DNA from: Candidatus Kerfeldbacteria bacterium
Lineage (GTDB): Bacteria > Patescibacteriota > Patescibacteriia > UBA9570 > XYC2-FULL-38-9
Assembly: GCA_043813585.1 (NCBI GenBank)
Contig: JBDRKW010000020.1
Span: 193,185 to 257,184, forward strand
Length of the DNA: 64,000 nt
Direction: 5' to 3'
Shown here: positions 22,393 through 32,114 of the stretch, in pieces
Numbering within the stretch: the first letter of the stretch is position 1
Layout of the letters: every line of letters starts with the position of its first letter
The notes under the pieces: model-generated
What the model was told of the DNA's origin: nothing
Database searches by the model: none
The model's input: the letters and a program-made list of their open reading frames with translations, nothing else
Position numbers and translations under genes: made by a program

Positions 22393-23085
22393 CTATAAAT
22401 TAATCCCCCGTTTTGAAACAACCTGCTGCTTCTGCCGAACCTTCACGATCGCATCGGAGTTTACCACGCCGCGTATCATTGCCGTCGGATAAACGACAGC
22501 CCGCTTTCCAATCATAGTTCCCGGGTTAAGAACGGCATTCGCTCCTATTTCTGCCTCATCTCCGACAATAGCGCCGAATTTCAGCAGGCCCGTGTCGTAA
22601 TTCTGTTCAATCGTGGTTACTTTTATCTCGGACGGTTCTGCCTTGACGTTTGAAATAACTGCACCGGCTCCCAAATGCGACTTATATCCCAGCACGCTGT
22701 CGCCGACATAATTGAAATGCGCCACGACCGCGCCGTTGAACAGAAGACAGTTCTTCAACTCGGAACAATGTCCGATTGTGCAGCCGTCGCCGACAATGAC
22801 ATTTTCACGTATATACGCCCCGCTTCGAATCTGGCAGTTCTCCCCGATAATGGCCGGTCCTTTTATTACAACGCCCGGTTCAATAACCGTCCCCTTGCCG
22901 ACGATCACCGACTTGCCGACATATGCCGTCTGTTCAACATCGCCGTGCATCTCGCTTCCGTCTTTTAACGCATACTCTATGTATTCATGGAGAATCGGCA
23001 GCACATCCCACGGGAACTGCGCCTCGTCAAACAGCTCTTCGTGGTCTGTTTGCGATAGGTCGAGATATTGTTCTGTTTTTATCAT
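22393..23085 (-). CDS. left-handed beta-helix (hexapeptide-repeat) transferase
   Basis: 230 aa, many [LIV]-G-x-x-x-x hexapeptides (IVGKGTVIEPGVVIKGPAIIGENCQI...). Confidence 0.6.
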   Translation of the reverse strand: MIKTEQYLDLSQTDHEELFDEAQFPWDVLPILHEYIEYALKDGSEMHGDVEQTAYVGKSVIVGKGTVIEPGVVIKGPAIIGENCQIRSGAYIRENVIVGDGCTIGHCSELKNCLLFNGAVVAHFNYVGDSVLGYKSHLGAGAVISNVKAEPSEIKVTTIEQNYDTGLLKFGAIVGDEAEIGANAVLNPGTMIGKRAVVYPTAMIRGVVNSDAIVKVRQKQQVVSKRGINL

Positions 23086-23090
23086 AATTT

Positions 23091-24056
23091 CTATTTGAGT
23101 AATTTTGTTTCACCTATCTGATCGACATTTTCGATCTTGCCGGACAGTTTTGTAAATTCCGCCGTTGTGCGGTCAAACGCTGTTTTTGCGTTGGATATGT
23201 GCGTATTCAGCACCCCTAACGTCTCGCCAAACCGCTCTGCGTCTTTCTGGATGCCGCGAATCGCCCCGATAATGTCGCGCGCCGCCTCTGCAATCTGTTT
23301 TTCCTGGATGCCCATCATAAGGATGCGCATGAAATAGTAAAACGAATTCGGCGACGCAAACAGCACCTTTCGGTCCAGCCCGTGCTGGTTAATGTCGATA
23401 TCGCTGCGAATAATCTCATAGTACACCGCTTCCGACGGAACGTACATGACCGCAAAATCAACCGTGCCTTCATCGGGCAAAATATATTTCTTGCTGATGT
23501 CGTTGACGTGCTTCTTCACGTCCTTGATAAAATCGCGCTGGGCAGCGTCCCTCTGTTCGTCGGTCTCCACCTTCACCATCTTTTGGTAGTTCTCCATCGG
23601 AAACTTCGAATCGATGGGAATAATGCCGTTGTCTGTCTTGATTATCGCATCAACCATCTGCCCGTTATTGAACTTGTACTGGAGCGCAAAAAGATGGGTT
23701 GGAAAATACTGGTTTAGCATCTGCTTTAACACCTGCTCGCCGATATTGCCGCGCAGCTTCGGGCTTTTCAAAAAATCCTGCAGTGCCTGCATATTCCTGC
23801 CGATCTCCTGCATCGCGCCCAGCTCTTTGCCGACAGCGCCGATCACCCTCGCAGCGTTGTCCAGCCGCTCATTCAGGCCCCCTGCCACTTTATCCAGCCG
23901 CTCCTGCATTCCCTGAACATTCTGGTTCAACATCTGCATTGATTGCCCGTCATCGCCTGTTTTTTGCCTTCTCATCAATAAAACAAGCGTAATGCTGCTG
24001 ATAATCATCAGCGCGACAACGGCAACGGCCAGGACAATAAGGATAGTATCATTCAT
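23091..24056 (-). CDS. rmuC: DNA recombination protein RmuC
   Basis: 321 aa: N-terminal TM, coiled coil, C-terminal 'IPIDSKFPMENY ... DFAVMYVPSEAVYY' RmuC nuclease-like core. Confidence 0.75.
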   Translation of the reverse strand: MNDTILIVLAVAVVALMIISSITLVLLMRRQKTGDDGQSMQMLNQNVQGMQERLDKVAGGLNERLDNAARVIGAVGKELGAMQEIGRNMQALQDFLKSPKLRGNIGEQVLKQMLNQYFPTHLFALQYKFNNGQMVDAIIKTDNGIIPIDSKFPMENYQKMVKVETDEQRDAAQRDFIKDVKKHVNDISKKYILPDEGTVDFAVMYVPSEAVYYEIIRSDIDINQHGLDRKVLFASPNSFYYFMRILMMGIQEKQIAEAARDIIGAIRGIQKDAERFGETLGVLNTHISNAKTAFDRTTAEFTKLSGKIENVDQIGETKLLK

Positions 24057-24076
24057 ATGGGGATAATATCAGATTT

Positions 24077-24937
24077 CTAAGCAACGTGGAATAAATCCTG
24101 AACATTTTTCATTGTCACTGCCGAAACCTCGTCTGTGGTCGTTTTGTGCAGGCGGGCAATCGCATCAGCCACAAAACGGACATACTGCGGTTCATTCCGC
24201 TTACCTCGCACCGGCTGCGACGCCAAATACGGCGCATCTGTTTCAATTAGTATCCTTTCCAGCGGTACGGACCGGACAACATCCTGCACATCCTTGGCAT
24301 TCGGAAACGTTACAATGCCCGTGAATCCAATATAGAGACCGAGCTCTAAAACTGCACTCGCCTCCTCTATTGAACCAGAGAAGCAATGGACAACGCCACG
24401 AATGGCATTCCCTCCGCCATTAATCTCTTTGATGATTCGAATTAAATCAATGTACGCATCTCTGCAGTGAAAAATAACCGGCATGTCATTCAATTGGGCA
24501 AACCGTAAAATCTGCCTAAGTGTATCTTGTTGCAGAGTCTTAAACTCATCAGGCGACATCTCATCAGTCTTATAGTCTTCAAGATGATAATAATCCAGCC
24601 CTGCCTCGCCGATTGCGACAACGCGGTCGTCTTCGATAAACTGCCGAAAAACCGCTTCGTCAAACTTCTCTGCTTTGGTCATGAAATTATATGGCACCCC
24701 GTCAAATTCTTCCTCTTCCTTAATATCCTTGGCCAAATGAATGGGATGGAGCCCGACAGCCGCATACACGCCGTCATCAAACTCATGAGCGAGTTCTATG
24801 GCCCGGCGGCTTGTCGCTGCATTCGTGCCGACGTTAATAATGCCAATATCCCGGCTCAATGACGAATTTGCGACCTCTTTCCAGTCGTTATCGTACGCCC
24901 TAAAATTCAGGTGGCAATGCGCGTCAAACAGCTTCAT
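24077..24937 (-). CDS. tatD: TatD-family metal-dependent DNase/hydrolase
   Basis: 'MKLFDAHCHLN', 'GLHP', 'GEAGLDY', 'HCFSG', 'ETDAPYL' TatD motifs. Confidence 0.85.
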   Translation of the reverse strand: MKLFDAHCHLNFRAYDNDWKEVANSSLSRDIGIINVGTNAATSRRAIELAHEFDDGVYAAVGLHPIHLAKDIKEEEEFDGVPYNFMTKAEKFDEAVFRQFIEDDRVVAIGEAGLDYYHLEDYKTDEMSPDEFKTLQQDTLRQILRFAQLNDMPVIFHCRDAYIDLIRIIKEINGGGNAIRGVVHCFSGSIEEASAVLELGLYIGFTGIVTFPNAKDVQDVVRSVPLERILIETDAPYLASQPVRGKRNEPQYVRFVADAIARLHKTTTDEVSAVTMKNVQDLFHVA

Positions 24938-25452
24938 CGTTGAATGTAATCCTCCAGCGAGTCGGATAAAAATGGAACATAAAACACAGACAGCGTCAGC
25001 AGGCTGCGTGAAGCGCCCGACTCCAGAATATATTCTGATGCGCGTCCGCCGTCAGAATGCGCATCCACGACAAACAATCCGGCACTGATGATAAAGCAGC
25101 TGATAATAACACTCAAGATGCCGCCCAGCAGCCTGTTAAACGTCTTCAGAAACGGAATAATCGCGATAATCTTGAACATTTTATTTGCTATCCATCCCAC
25201 AAGCCCGAACAGGTTTGCAATAAACATCAGAATGGCGATAAACACAATCGCCGTTTGGATCGGGCTCCCCCCAAACCATTCAGCCACTGTCGGCGTCCAT
25301 GTGCTCGCAAACCACAAACCCACAAAAAAACCAATCAGCGTTGCGACTTCATACACGAAACCCGCCTTTACTCCGGAAATGAGCGACGTCGCGAGCCAGA
25401 CAATGATAATGATATCGAGCCAATTCATGTTATTGGTTCTCCCCTTCTTCAA
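24934..25452 (-). CDS. cvpA: CvpA-family membrane protein
   Basis: 172 aa 4-TM protein 'MNWLDIIIIVWLATSLISG'; true start may be the Met at MNWLD. Confidence 0.7.
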   Translation of the reverse strand: MKKGRTNNMNWLDIIIIVWLATSLISGVKAGFVYEVATLIGFFVGLWFASTWTPTVAEWFGGSPIQTAIVFIAILMFIANLFGLVGWIANKMFKIIAIIPFLKTFNRLLGGILSVIISCFIISAGLFVVDAHSDGGRASEYILESGASRSLLTLSVFYVPFLSDSLEDYIQR

Positions 25453-26890
25453 GCCGCGGAAACAGCGGCTGAGACTTTACGATCTTATCTTCACCAAGGA
25501 TAGAGCTCATGGTTTCTGCCGTTTCCGGCATGAACGGGATGAGCCATTCAGAAATAAGATTCAAGCTGTACAACAAATGCTGCAGTACGGTTCGCAGATG
25601 CTCTGTGTCGCTTTTCACCAATTCCCATGGCTTATTCTGTTCAATGTATTCGTTTGACTCATCAACAACGCTCCACACGGCGTCTAATGCGTGATGGAAT
25701 TGGTACGATGTCATTGCCTTATGATACTGCTCTGACTGCGCATCGCCATATCCTTCCTCCCGCGGCAACGCTTCCAGCGTACCATCAAAATATTTCTCTA
25801 CCATGTTCGTTACACGTGACAACAGATTGCCCAGTCCGTTTGCCAGGTCGGCCGAATACCGTTCTTTCAGCCGGGTATACGAAAAATCACCGTCATGCGC
25901 GTATGAAATTTCGCGCATGAAAAAATAACGGGTCTGATCTGCGCCGTAGGCATCGACTATCTCCACCGGATTAACAACATTTCCGATCGTTTTGCTCATT
26001 TTCTCGCCGCTGATGGTGATAAAGCCGTGCACCGCGCATTGCTGCGGCGGTTCAATGCCTGCCGCCATGCACATTGCGGGCCAAATCACGGAATGGAACC
26101 GATTCACATCCTTGCCGAGCATATGCACATCTGCGGGCCACCATTTTTCAAACGTCTGCTCGTCGTCCGGAAACCCCAGTGCGGTAATATAGTTTATCAG
26201 CGCTTCAAACCAGACATACATCACCTGCGTATCGTCCCCGGGAACGGCAACGCCCCAGGATAATTTCTCCTTTTCGCGCGAGATGGAAATATCATCCAGC
26301 CCGTCCTTCACCAGGTTTACAATCTCATTCTTTTTTGACGAGGGCACGATAAATTCCGGATGCTTTTCATAATACTCCAGCAGGCGGTTCTGATACCGCG
26401 ATAACCGGAAAAAATAGTTCTCTTCGCGAATGCGCTCCGGTTCCTTTTTGTGCGCCTGACACCTGCCGTCAACAAGCTCTTTCTCGGTTTTGAACGCCTC
26501 GCAGCCGACGCAATACAGCCCTTCATAGCTGTCCTTCTCAATATCTCCGGAATCCATGGCCTGTTCCCAGAACGCCTGCGCCGCTTTCATGTGCCGCTCT
26601 TCGGTCGTACGCACGAAATCGTCATACGAACAATTCAGCTTTGACAGCAGCAACTTAAACGTATCTACCATCTCATCCACGTGTTCCTGCGGAGTGACTC
26701 CCTTTTCGGCGGCCACGCGGACATTTTTCTGCCCATGTTCATCCGTTCCGGTGACAAATTTCGTCTCCACTCCTTTTTGCCTCCAATACCGAGCCAGCAC
26801 ATCAGCGCAAATATATTCATACGCATGCCCGATATGCGGCTCTGCGTTGACATACGGGATGGTTGTCGTGATATAAAACTGTTCTTTCAT
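25430..26890 (-). CDS. metG: methionine--tRNA ligase (minimal form without C-terminal tRNA-binding domain)
   Basis: 'HIGHAYEY' and 'KMSKT' class I motifs, Cys knuckle 'CVGCEAF...CQAH'. Confidence 0.93.
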   Translation of the reverse strand: MKEQFYITTTIPYVNAEPHIGHAYEYICADVLARYWRQKGVETKFVTGTDEHGQKNVRVAAEKGVTPQEHVDEMVDTFKLLLSKLNCSYDDFVRTTEERHMKAAQAFWEQAMDSGDIEKDSYEGLYCVGCEAFKTEKELVDGRCQAHKKEPERIREENYFFRLSRYQNRLLEYYEKHPEFIVPSSKKNEIVNLVKDGLDDISISREKEKLSWGVAVPGDDTQVMYVWFEALINYITALGFPDDEQTFEKWWPADVHMLGKDVNRFHSVIWPAMCMAAGIEPPQQCAVHGFITISGEKMSKTIGNVVNPVEIVDAYGADQTRYFFMREISYAHDGDFSYTRLKERYSADLANGLGNLLSRVTNMVEKYFDGTLEALPREEGYGDAQSEQYHKAMTSYQFHHALDAVWSVVDESNEYIEQNKPWELVKSDTEHLRTVLQHLLYSLNLISEWLIPFMPETAETMSSILGEDKIVKSQPLFPRLEEGENQ

Positions 26891-26899
26891 TGCAGTCAG

Positions 26900-27991
26900 T
26901 TACTGGTTTATCTCCCCGGTTGTCGGCTCCAGCGACACATCCCGTTTTTTCTTCTCCAGGAAGATATCCTCAATAAAGATCCATGCAATCGTGGCTGCAG
27001 GAACAGCCAGCAATACGCCGACAATGCCGGCAATGCTTGCGCCTACCAGCATGACGGAAAGGACAACGATCGGGTTCAGTCCGACAACACGCTGCATGAT
27101 CTTCGGAACGATGACCTGGTTTTCCAGCTGCTGCAGGACCGTGTAGAAAATAATCACACCAAGCGCCTTCCAAGGCGAATCGGTATAAGCAAAGAATACA
27201 GCAGGTACTGCCGCAATAATCGGACCGAGGAACGGAACAAATTCCGCCAACCCGGCAACGCAGGCAAGAACAAGCGCATACGGTACCTGAAGAATAAACA
27301 GCCCAATAAAACTCAAAACGCCGATGATCAGCATGAGGATGAGCTGCCCGCGCAGCCATGATCCCATCTTCTTCTGAATGCGGTTCACCTTTTGCACAAG
27401 ATAGGGTTGGTATTCAACCGGAGCAACAGAGCGGATGAATTTTTTCACGCCTTCTTCATCGATTGTCATGTAAAACGTGATCACCAGGACAATAAACAGC
27501 GTTGCGATCCCGCCGAAAATATTTGCCACCGCTGAAAAGACTCCGCTGGTCAGATTGGTCAGTGATGACGAGAACGAAGTAATGCTTCGCTGGATTTCAT
27601 TCAACACAGAGGCATCTGGGGTCTGCGTAATGCTTTGGTAAAACGCATCAAGTTCCGGCGCGTAATCGCGCAACGATGCTGCCAAGTCGGTAATTTGGTT
27701 GATAAACGGCGGGATAAGGATATAAACGACAGCTCCGACCACTACTAATATAAGCGTGTACATCAGTAAAATGCTCAGTCCGCGCGGTATGCGGTACCGC
27801 TGCAGCCAATCCACCCACGGATCCAGCGCAGAAGCCAGTACAAGAGCGACAAAGAGAATGCCGACGATATCCCTGATAAACCAGATGAATGCCAGCCCTG
27901 CCAATATAGCCACAATTTTTATAACCGTGGAAGCAGATATAGTAACCCGTAATACCTCTTCATTATTCTTTTTTTCTTTGCGTAGAGCCAT
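26900..27991 (-). CDS. AI-2E family (PerM/UPF0118) transporter
   Basis: 363 aa, 8 TM, characteristic topology and conserved Pro/Gly pattern. Confidence 0.8.
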   Translation of the reverse strand: MALRKEKKNNEEVLRVTISASTVIKIVAILAGLAFIWFIRDIVGILFVALVLASALDPWVDWLQRYRIPRGLSILLMYTLILVVVGAVVYILIPPFINQITDLAASLRDYAPELDAFYQSITQTPDASVLNEIQRSITSFSSSLTNLTSGVFSAVANIFGGIATLFIVLVITFYMTIDEEGVKKFIRSVAPVEYQPYLVQKVNRIQKKMGSWLRGQLILMLIIGVLSFIGLFILQVPYALVLACVAGLAEFVPFLGPIIAAVPAVFFAYTDSPWKALGVIIFYTVLQQLENQVIVPKIMQRVVGLNPIVVLSVMLVGASIAGIVGVLLAVPAATIAWIFIEDIFLEKKKRDVSLEPTTGEINQ

Positions 27992-27992
27992 A

Positions 27993-29267
27993 TTAGAATT
28001 GCAAATGATTTTTAAACGATTGCTCCTGACGCTTTGTATACGGCCCGATCACGGCCATATTTGCGTTGGACGGAACGAATAGTTGTTTTGCATAGCGCTG
28101 CAGCTGTGCAACAGTGACTGCCTGCACCTCTTTCATGTATTCACGCGGCGACTGCAGCTCCGGGTAAAACAGCGACTGCCTTCCCCACCACGCCGCTACG
28201 TTCTCGGAATCTTCCAAACGTAGGCTCATCTTCCCGCGGATGAACTCTTTTGCCTGTTTCAGCTCCTCTTCAGTGGCGCCATTCTCCGCAAGATCCTTCA
28301 GCTCGCTTACAATTGCGCTGATGGCCTGGTGGATTCGCCGGGTATCAAAACCCGCCTGGATGGTAAACGCACCGCATTGCTCATACGGCGATATGGACGA
28401 ACGGATGTAATAACACAATCCTTTTCGCTCGCGTACGTTGATAAACAGGCGCGAACTCATGTTGCCGCCGAGAATGGTCGAAAGCATATCGGCCACAGAC
28501 CGATTTTTTGCGACATACGAAGGTCCCGGGAATGACAACGCCAGATGCGACTGCGCAGTTTGCTTCTTCTGCAAATGCAGGCGCGGGCTTCGCTGCGTAT
28601 GTCTGAATATCTTCGCCTTTGGAGTGCGCCCACCGGATTGCAAAGGCTGCGCAAACATCGTTTTAATCACATAGTAGCTGTCTTTGGGGACATTTCCGGT
28701 CAGCACAATGATCATATTATCTGTTCGATAATGCGTCTCCCGATACGCAAGAATGGTATTGCGGGTAACTGTTTCGATATTTTTTTTGGTCCCGATAATC
28801 CTGTATCCCAGCGGATGGCTTGCGCTGAACAGCAGCTGCTCGGACAGCTCTTCGGAAATTGCCATTGGGCTGTCCTCATACATGTTCATCTCCTCAATGA
28901 TCACGCCCCGCTCGCGGTCAATCTCCGTCTGCTCAAACAGCGGATGGAACAGAATATCCTCAAGAATATCAAGCGCCAGCAGCGTATGGCGTTTCGCAAC
29001 CTTCACATAGTAGCCGGTGAAATCCTTGCTCGTGAACGCATTAAAATCCGCGCCCACGCCGTCAAGCTCCTTTGAAATATCCAGCGTTGTAGGACGCTTA
29101 TCCGTTCCCTTGAAAAAGAGATGCTCAAGAAAATGAGAGATGCCGTTGATGGTTTTTGTCTCGTAGCGTGAACCAACCTTGAATAACACCAACGCGGTGA
29201 CCACGTCCGTTCCTTCCAGCCGGTCGACAATGACCGGTATTCCGTTCGGCAATGTGTATTGTTTCAT
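27993..29267 (-). CDS. M16 family zinc peptidase (pitrilysin/insulinase-like)
   Basis: inverted zinc motif 'HFLEHLFFKGT', 424 aa two-lobe architecture. Confidence 0.85.
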   Translation of the reverse strand: MKQYTLPNGIPVIVDRLEGTDVVTALVLFKVGSRYETKTINGISHFLEHLFFKGTDKRPTTLDISKELDGVGADFNAFTSKDFTGYYVKVAKRHTLLALDILEDILFHPLFEQTEIDRERGVIIEEMNMYEDSPMAISEELSEQLLFSASHPLGYRIIGTKKNIETVTRNTILAYRETHYRTDNMIIVLTGNVPKDSYYVIKTMFAQPLQSGGRTPKAKIFRHTQRSPRLHLQKKQTAQSHLALSFPGPSYVAKNRSVADMLSTILGGNMSSRLFINVRERKGLCYYIRSSISPYEQCGAFTIQAGFDTRRIHQAISAIVSELKDLAENGATEEELKQAKEFIRGKMSLRLEDSENVAAWWGRQSLFYPELQSPREYMKEVQAVTVAQLQRYAKQLFVPSNANMAVIGPYTKRQEQSFKNHLQF

Positions 29268-30664
29268 TATTGTGTGAACTGTTCCCTGAAAAAATCCTGC
29301 AGCTTGTCGATGGCGATCCGTTCCTGCTTCATCGTGTCCCTGTCGCGCACAGTTACCGCTCCGTCCTCAAGCGTTTCAAAATCAACAGTAGCGCAAAACG
29401 GGGTGCCGATTTCATCCTGGCGGCGGTAGCGCTTGCCGATATTCCCGTTATCATCAAACTCGCACATGTAGTCCCCCTTTAAGCCATCGAATACCTCCTG
29501 CGCTTTCGCCACCAGCTCCGGCTTATTGCGCAGCAGCGGGAACACGGCAATCTTCACCGGCGCCAATGCCCGCGGCAGCTTTAACACCATGCGGGAACCT
29601 TCGTCCACTTTCTCTTCCGTATACGCATCTGAAAGCACCGACAATAAAACCCGTCCTACACCCGACGAGGCCTCTACAATATGCGGAACATAGGTTTCAT
29701 TCGTCTTCGGGTCCGTATAGTCAAGCTTTTCACCGCTGTGCTTGCTGTGCTGCGTCAGGTCATAATCTCCGCGCGCATGGAGGCCTTCCAGCTCGCTCCA
29801 GCCGAACGGAAACTTGTATTCAATGTCATAGGCCTCTTTCGCGTAAAACACCAGGTTCTCATGCTTCTTCCACTGCAAATTTTCCCTTTTGATTCCCAGG
29901 TTCTCATACCATTTCATCCGATACTCGCGCAGCTTCTCATATTCATCCATTTCCGCGTCCGGAGACACAAAATACTGCATCTCCATCTGCTCAAACTCGC
30001 GCGTCCTGAAAATAAACTGCCGCGCGGTGATCTCGTTTCTGAACGCTTTGCCGATTTGGGCGATACCAAACGGTATTCGCACCCGCGTTGAATCAACGAC
30101 ATTCTTGTAATTAACGTAAATGCCCTGGCATGTCTCGCCGCGCAAATAGACCGGGTCCTTGCTCCAGTCGCCGGTGAAGTTGCCGAGGTTCGTCTGCACA
30201 AGCAGGTTGAACTTGCGAACATCCGTAAAATTCGAATTTCCGCATTTCGGGCACTTGACCTTCTCTTTCTGCTCCTGAAAAATCTTGTTTATCTCTCCCT
30301 GGCTCATCTTTTCATCCGCCTGCACGCCGATCTCGTCCAATAAATGATCCACGCGATGCCGCGTATGGCACTCTTTGCACTCAACTAGAGGATCGGAAAA
30401 ACCGGCTACATGTCCGCTCGCTTCCCATATTTTCGGATGCATAATAATGCTTGAATCAAGCCCGACAATATTTTCGCGCAATTGCACCATGGATTTCCAC
30501 CATTCGCGCTTAATCGCGTTTGCCAGCTCAACCCCGTACGGTCCGTAGTCATAAATTGCGGCAAAACCGCCGTATATTTCTGATGAAGGGAAGATAAAAC
30601 CACGCCTCTTCGCAAGCGAAATGATTTCCTCCATGGATACTTCTGTTTGTTTGGCCATAATCAA
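29267..30664 (-). CDS. glyQS: glycine--tRNA ligase (dimeric alpha2 type)
   Basis: 465 aa 'FPSSEIYGGFAAIYDYGPYG', class II motifs, Zn-binding 'CKECHTRH', anticodon-binding C-terminal domain. Confidence 0.93.
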   Translation of the reverse strand: MIMAKQTEVSMEEIISLAKRRGFIFPSSEIYGGFAAIYDYGPYGVELANAIKREWWKSMVQLRENIVGLDSSIIMHPKIWEASGHVAGFSDPLVECKECHTRHRVDHLLDEIGVQADEKMSQGEINKIFQEQKEKVKCPKCGNSNFTDVRKFNLLVQTNLGNFTGDWSKDPVYLRGETCQGIYVNYKNVVDSTRVRIPFGIAQIGKAFRNEITARQFIFRTREFEQMEMQYFVSPDAEMDEYEKLREYRMKWYENLGIKRENLQWKKHENLVFYAKEAYDIEYKFPFGWSELEGLHARGDYDLTQHSKHSGEKLDYTDPKTNETYVPHIVEASSGVGRVLLSVLSDAYTEEKVDEGSRMVLKLPRALAPVKIAVFPLLRNKPELVAKAQEVFDGLKGDYMCEFDDNGNIGKRYRRQDEIGTPFCATVDFETLEDGAVTVRDRDTMKQERIAIDKLQDFFREQFTQ

Positions 30665-30717
30665 AAAAGGGGTAATAACCCCGAGAATATACCACTTTTT
30701 GCGGATATTGCCAAGAG

Positions 30718-31392
30718 CTACCGGACGGCCAATCCCAGCGATAAACCGCGTAAATTTTCAGAAAAACCGCAGACTTTCCATGGTGATTGTTCAGACGCAC
30801 GCACCATGCGGACACGCACCATTCCCGGAACCCTAATAAATGGGTCCTCTCGATGGTAAAGATGCGGCGACAGCCGCTTGTCCCCGCTCCGTTCGAAATA
30901 GTAGTCGAACAAACCGTCAATCTGCACCACAATCTCGTTTGAACTGATAATATGCACAATTTGCGCGTGATAGGCCTCGTTATGGTGAAATGCGAAGACA
31001 AATGCATATCCCCGGTCAATGAACACCTGGTACTGCATCATCTCCGCTTCCAGCGCTTTGCGCAGAGTCGGTTCATACATTGAATTCTCCGCAATCATTC
31101 CCCGTGAAAGGTCTTGGAGCACGCCGATAAGCAAACCCACCGAATTGTGCAGAATAGGGTCGTCCTCCTCTTCAGACGGAGACATTGGCGAATACCGGTA
31201 CGCCTTTGGATGCACCGCTACTATAAAAAGCCCGACAATGGCAACAATGACCGGAAAAATAAATAACGCCGGTACGATATAAAGAGAGACATCATTCGTA
31301 ACATCTTCAAACTGCAGCTGATGATAAAACAAAATCACTGCAATAGCAGCCAACGATACAATCGAAACGATGATGACGAATAATGACTTCAT
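30718..31392 (-). CDS. hypothetical membrane protein
   Basis: 224 aa, 2 N-terminal TM helices then a soluble domain; no family recognised. Confidence 0.4.
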   Translation of the reverse strand: MKSLFVIIVSIVSLAAIAVILFYHQLQFEDVTNDVSLYIVPALFIFPVIVAIVGLFIVAVHPKAYRYSPMSPSEEEDDPILHNSVGLLIGVLQDLSRGMIAENSMYEPTLRKALEAEMMQYQVFIDRGYAFVFAFHHNEAYHAQIVHIISSNEIVVQIDGLFDYYFERSGDKRLSPHLYHREDPFIRVPGMVRVRMVRASEQSPWKVCGFSENLRGLSLGLAVR

Positions 31393-32111
31393 ATGTTGAA
31401 AATCAATGCTGCAATGCGTCCGACTGCATAGCCAATAGCGGCGGCGAATGTGGAAATAACAAGCATTTCAAGACCGCTGCGCAATCGGTTGACATTGACG
31501 ATCTTGCCTTTCGTATACCCGATAACAAATAACACCGCTACGGAAAAAATCACCGATACCGCAATCGCATACTGTATGGGCAGGAAAAAATAGGCAGAGA
31601 GCGGAACAAGCCCTCCAATGACATAGGACAATAGCATGAATAACGATTTTCCAAGCTCCATTTTATCCGCTTTTGGTATTGCCTGTATCTCATTGTCGGT
31701 CAATTCATTCACCCAAAGGTCAACATTCTGCGTTACCCGGGCTACCAGAATGTCAATTTCATTTTCTGTAAATCCCCTGCTCTTATATACTGCCGCCAAC
31801 TCCTTTGTCGCCGCTTCGGGATTCTGCTTGATCTCTTGCCGTTCTTCTTCAAAAATTCTTTTTACTCCTTCGCGTTCCGCTTTGGACGATAAAAAGGTCC
31901 CAGCCGCCATGGAAAGGGATTCAACAAAAATGATTACGATGCCCGACAAGATGACGATCTTATCATCCAGCACGCCGCCCGCAATGCCGGTAATGGCGCC
32001 GAGCGTTGAGACAACCCCGTCTTCCAACCCGAATACAATCTCTCGCATTGATGAAAACATCTTTCCGACAATGCTACCCTGCTTTTTGATCTCATGATGC
32101 AAATATTTCAT
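31389..32111 (-). CDS. VIT1/CCC1-family iron/manganese transporter
   Basis: 240 aa 'EIVFGLEDGVVSTLGAITGIAGG' plus C-terminal TM bundle. Confidence 0.75.
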   Translation of the reverse strand: MKYLHHEIKKQGSIVGKMFSSMREIVFGLEDGVVSTLGAITGIAGGVLDDKIVILSGIVIIFVESLSMAAGTFLSSKAEREGVKRIFEEERQEIKQNPEAATKELAAVYKSRGFTENEIDILVARVTQNVDLWVNELTDNEIQAIPKADKMELGKSLFMLLSYVIGGLVPLSAYFFLPIQYAIAVSVIFSVAVLFVIGYTKGKIVNVNRLRSGLEMLVISTFAAAIGYAVGRIAALIFNI

Positions 32112-32114
32112 ATC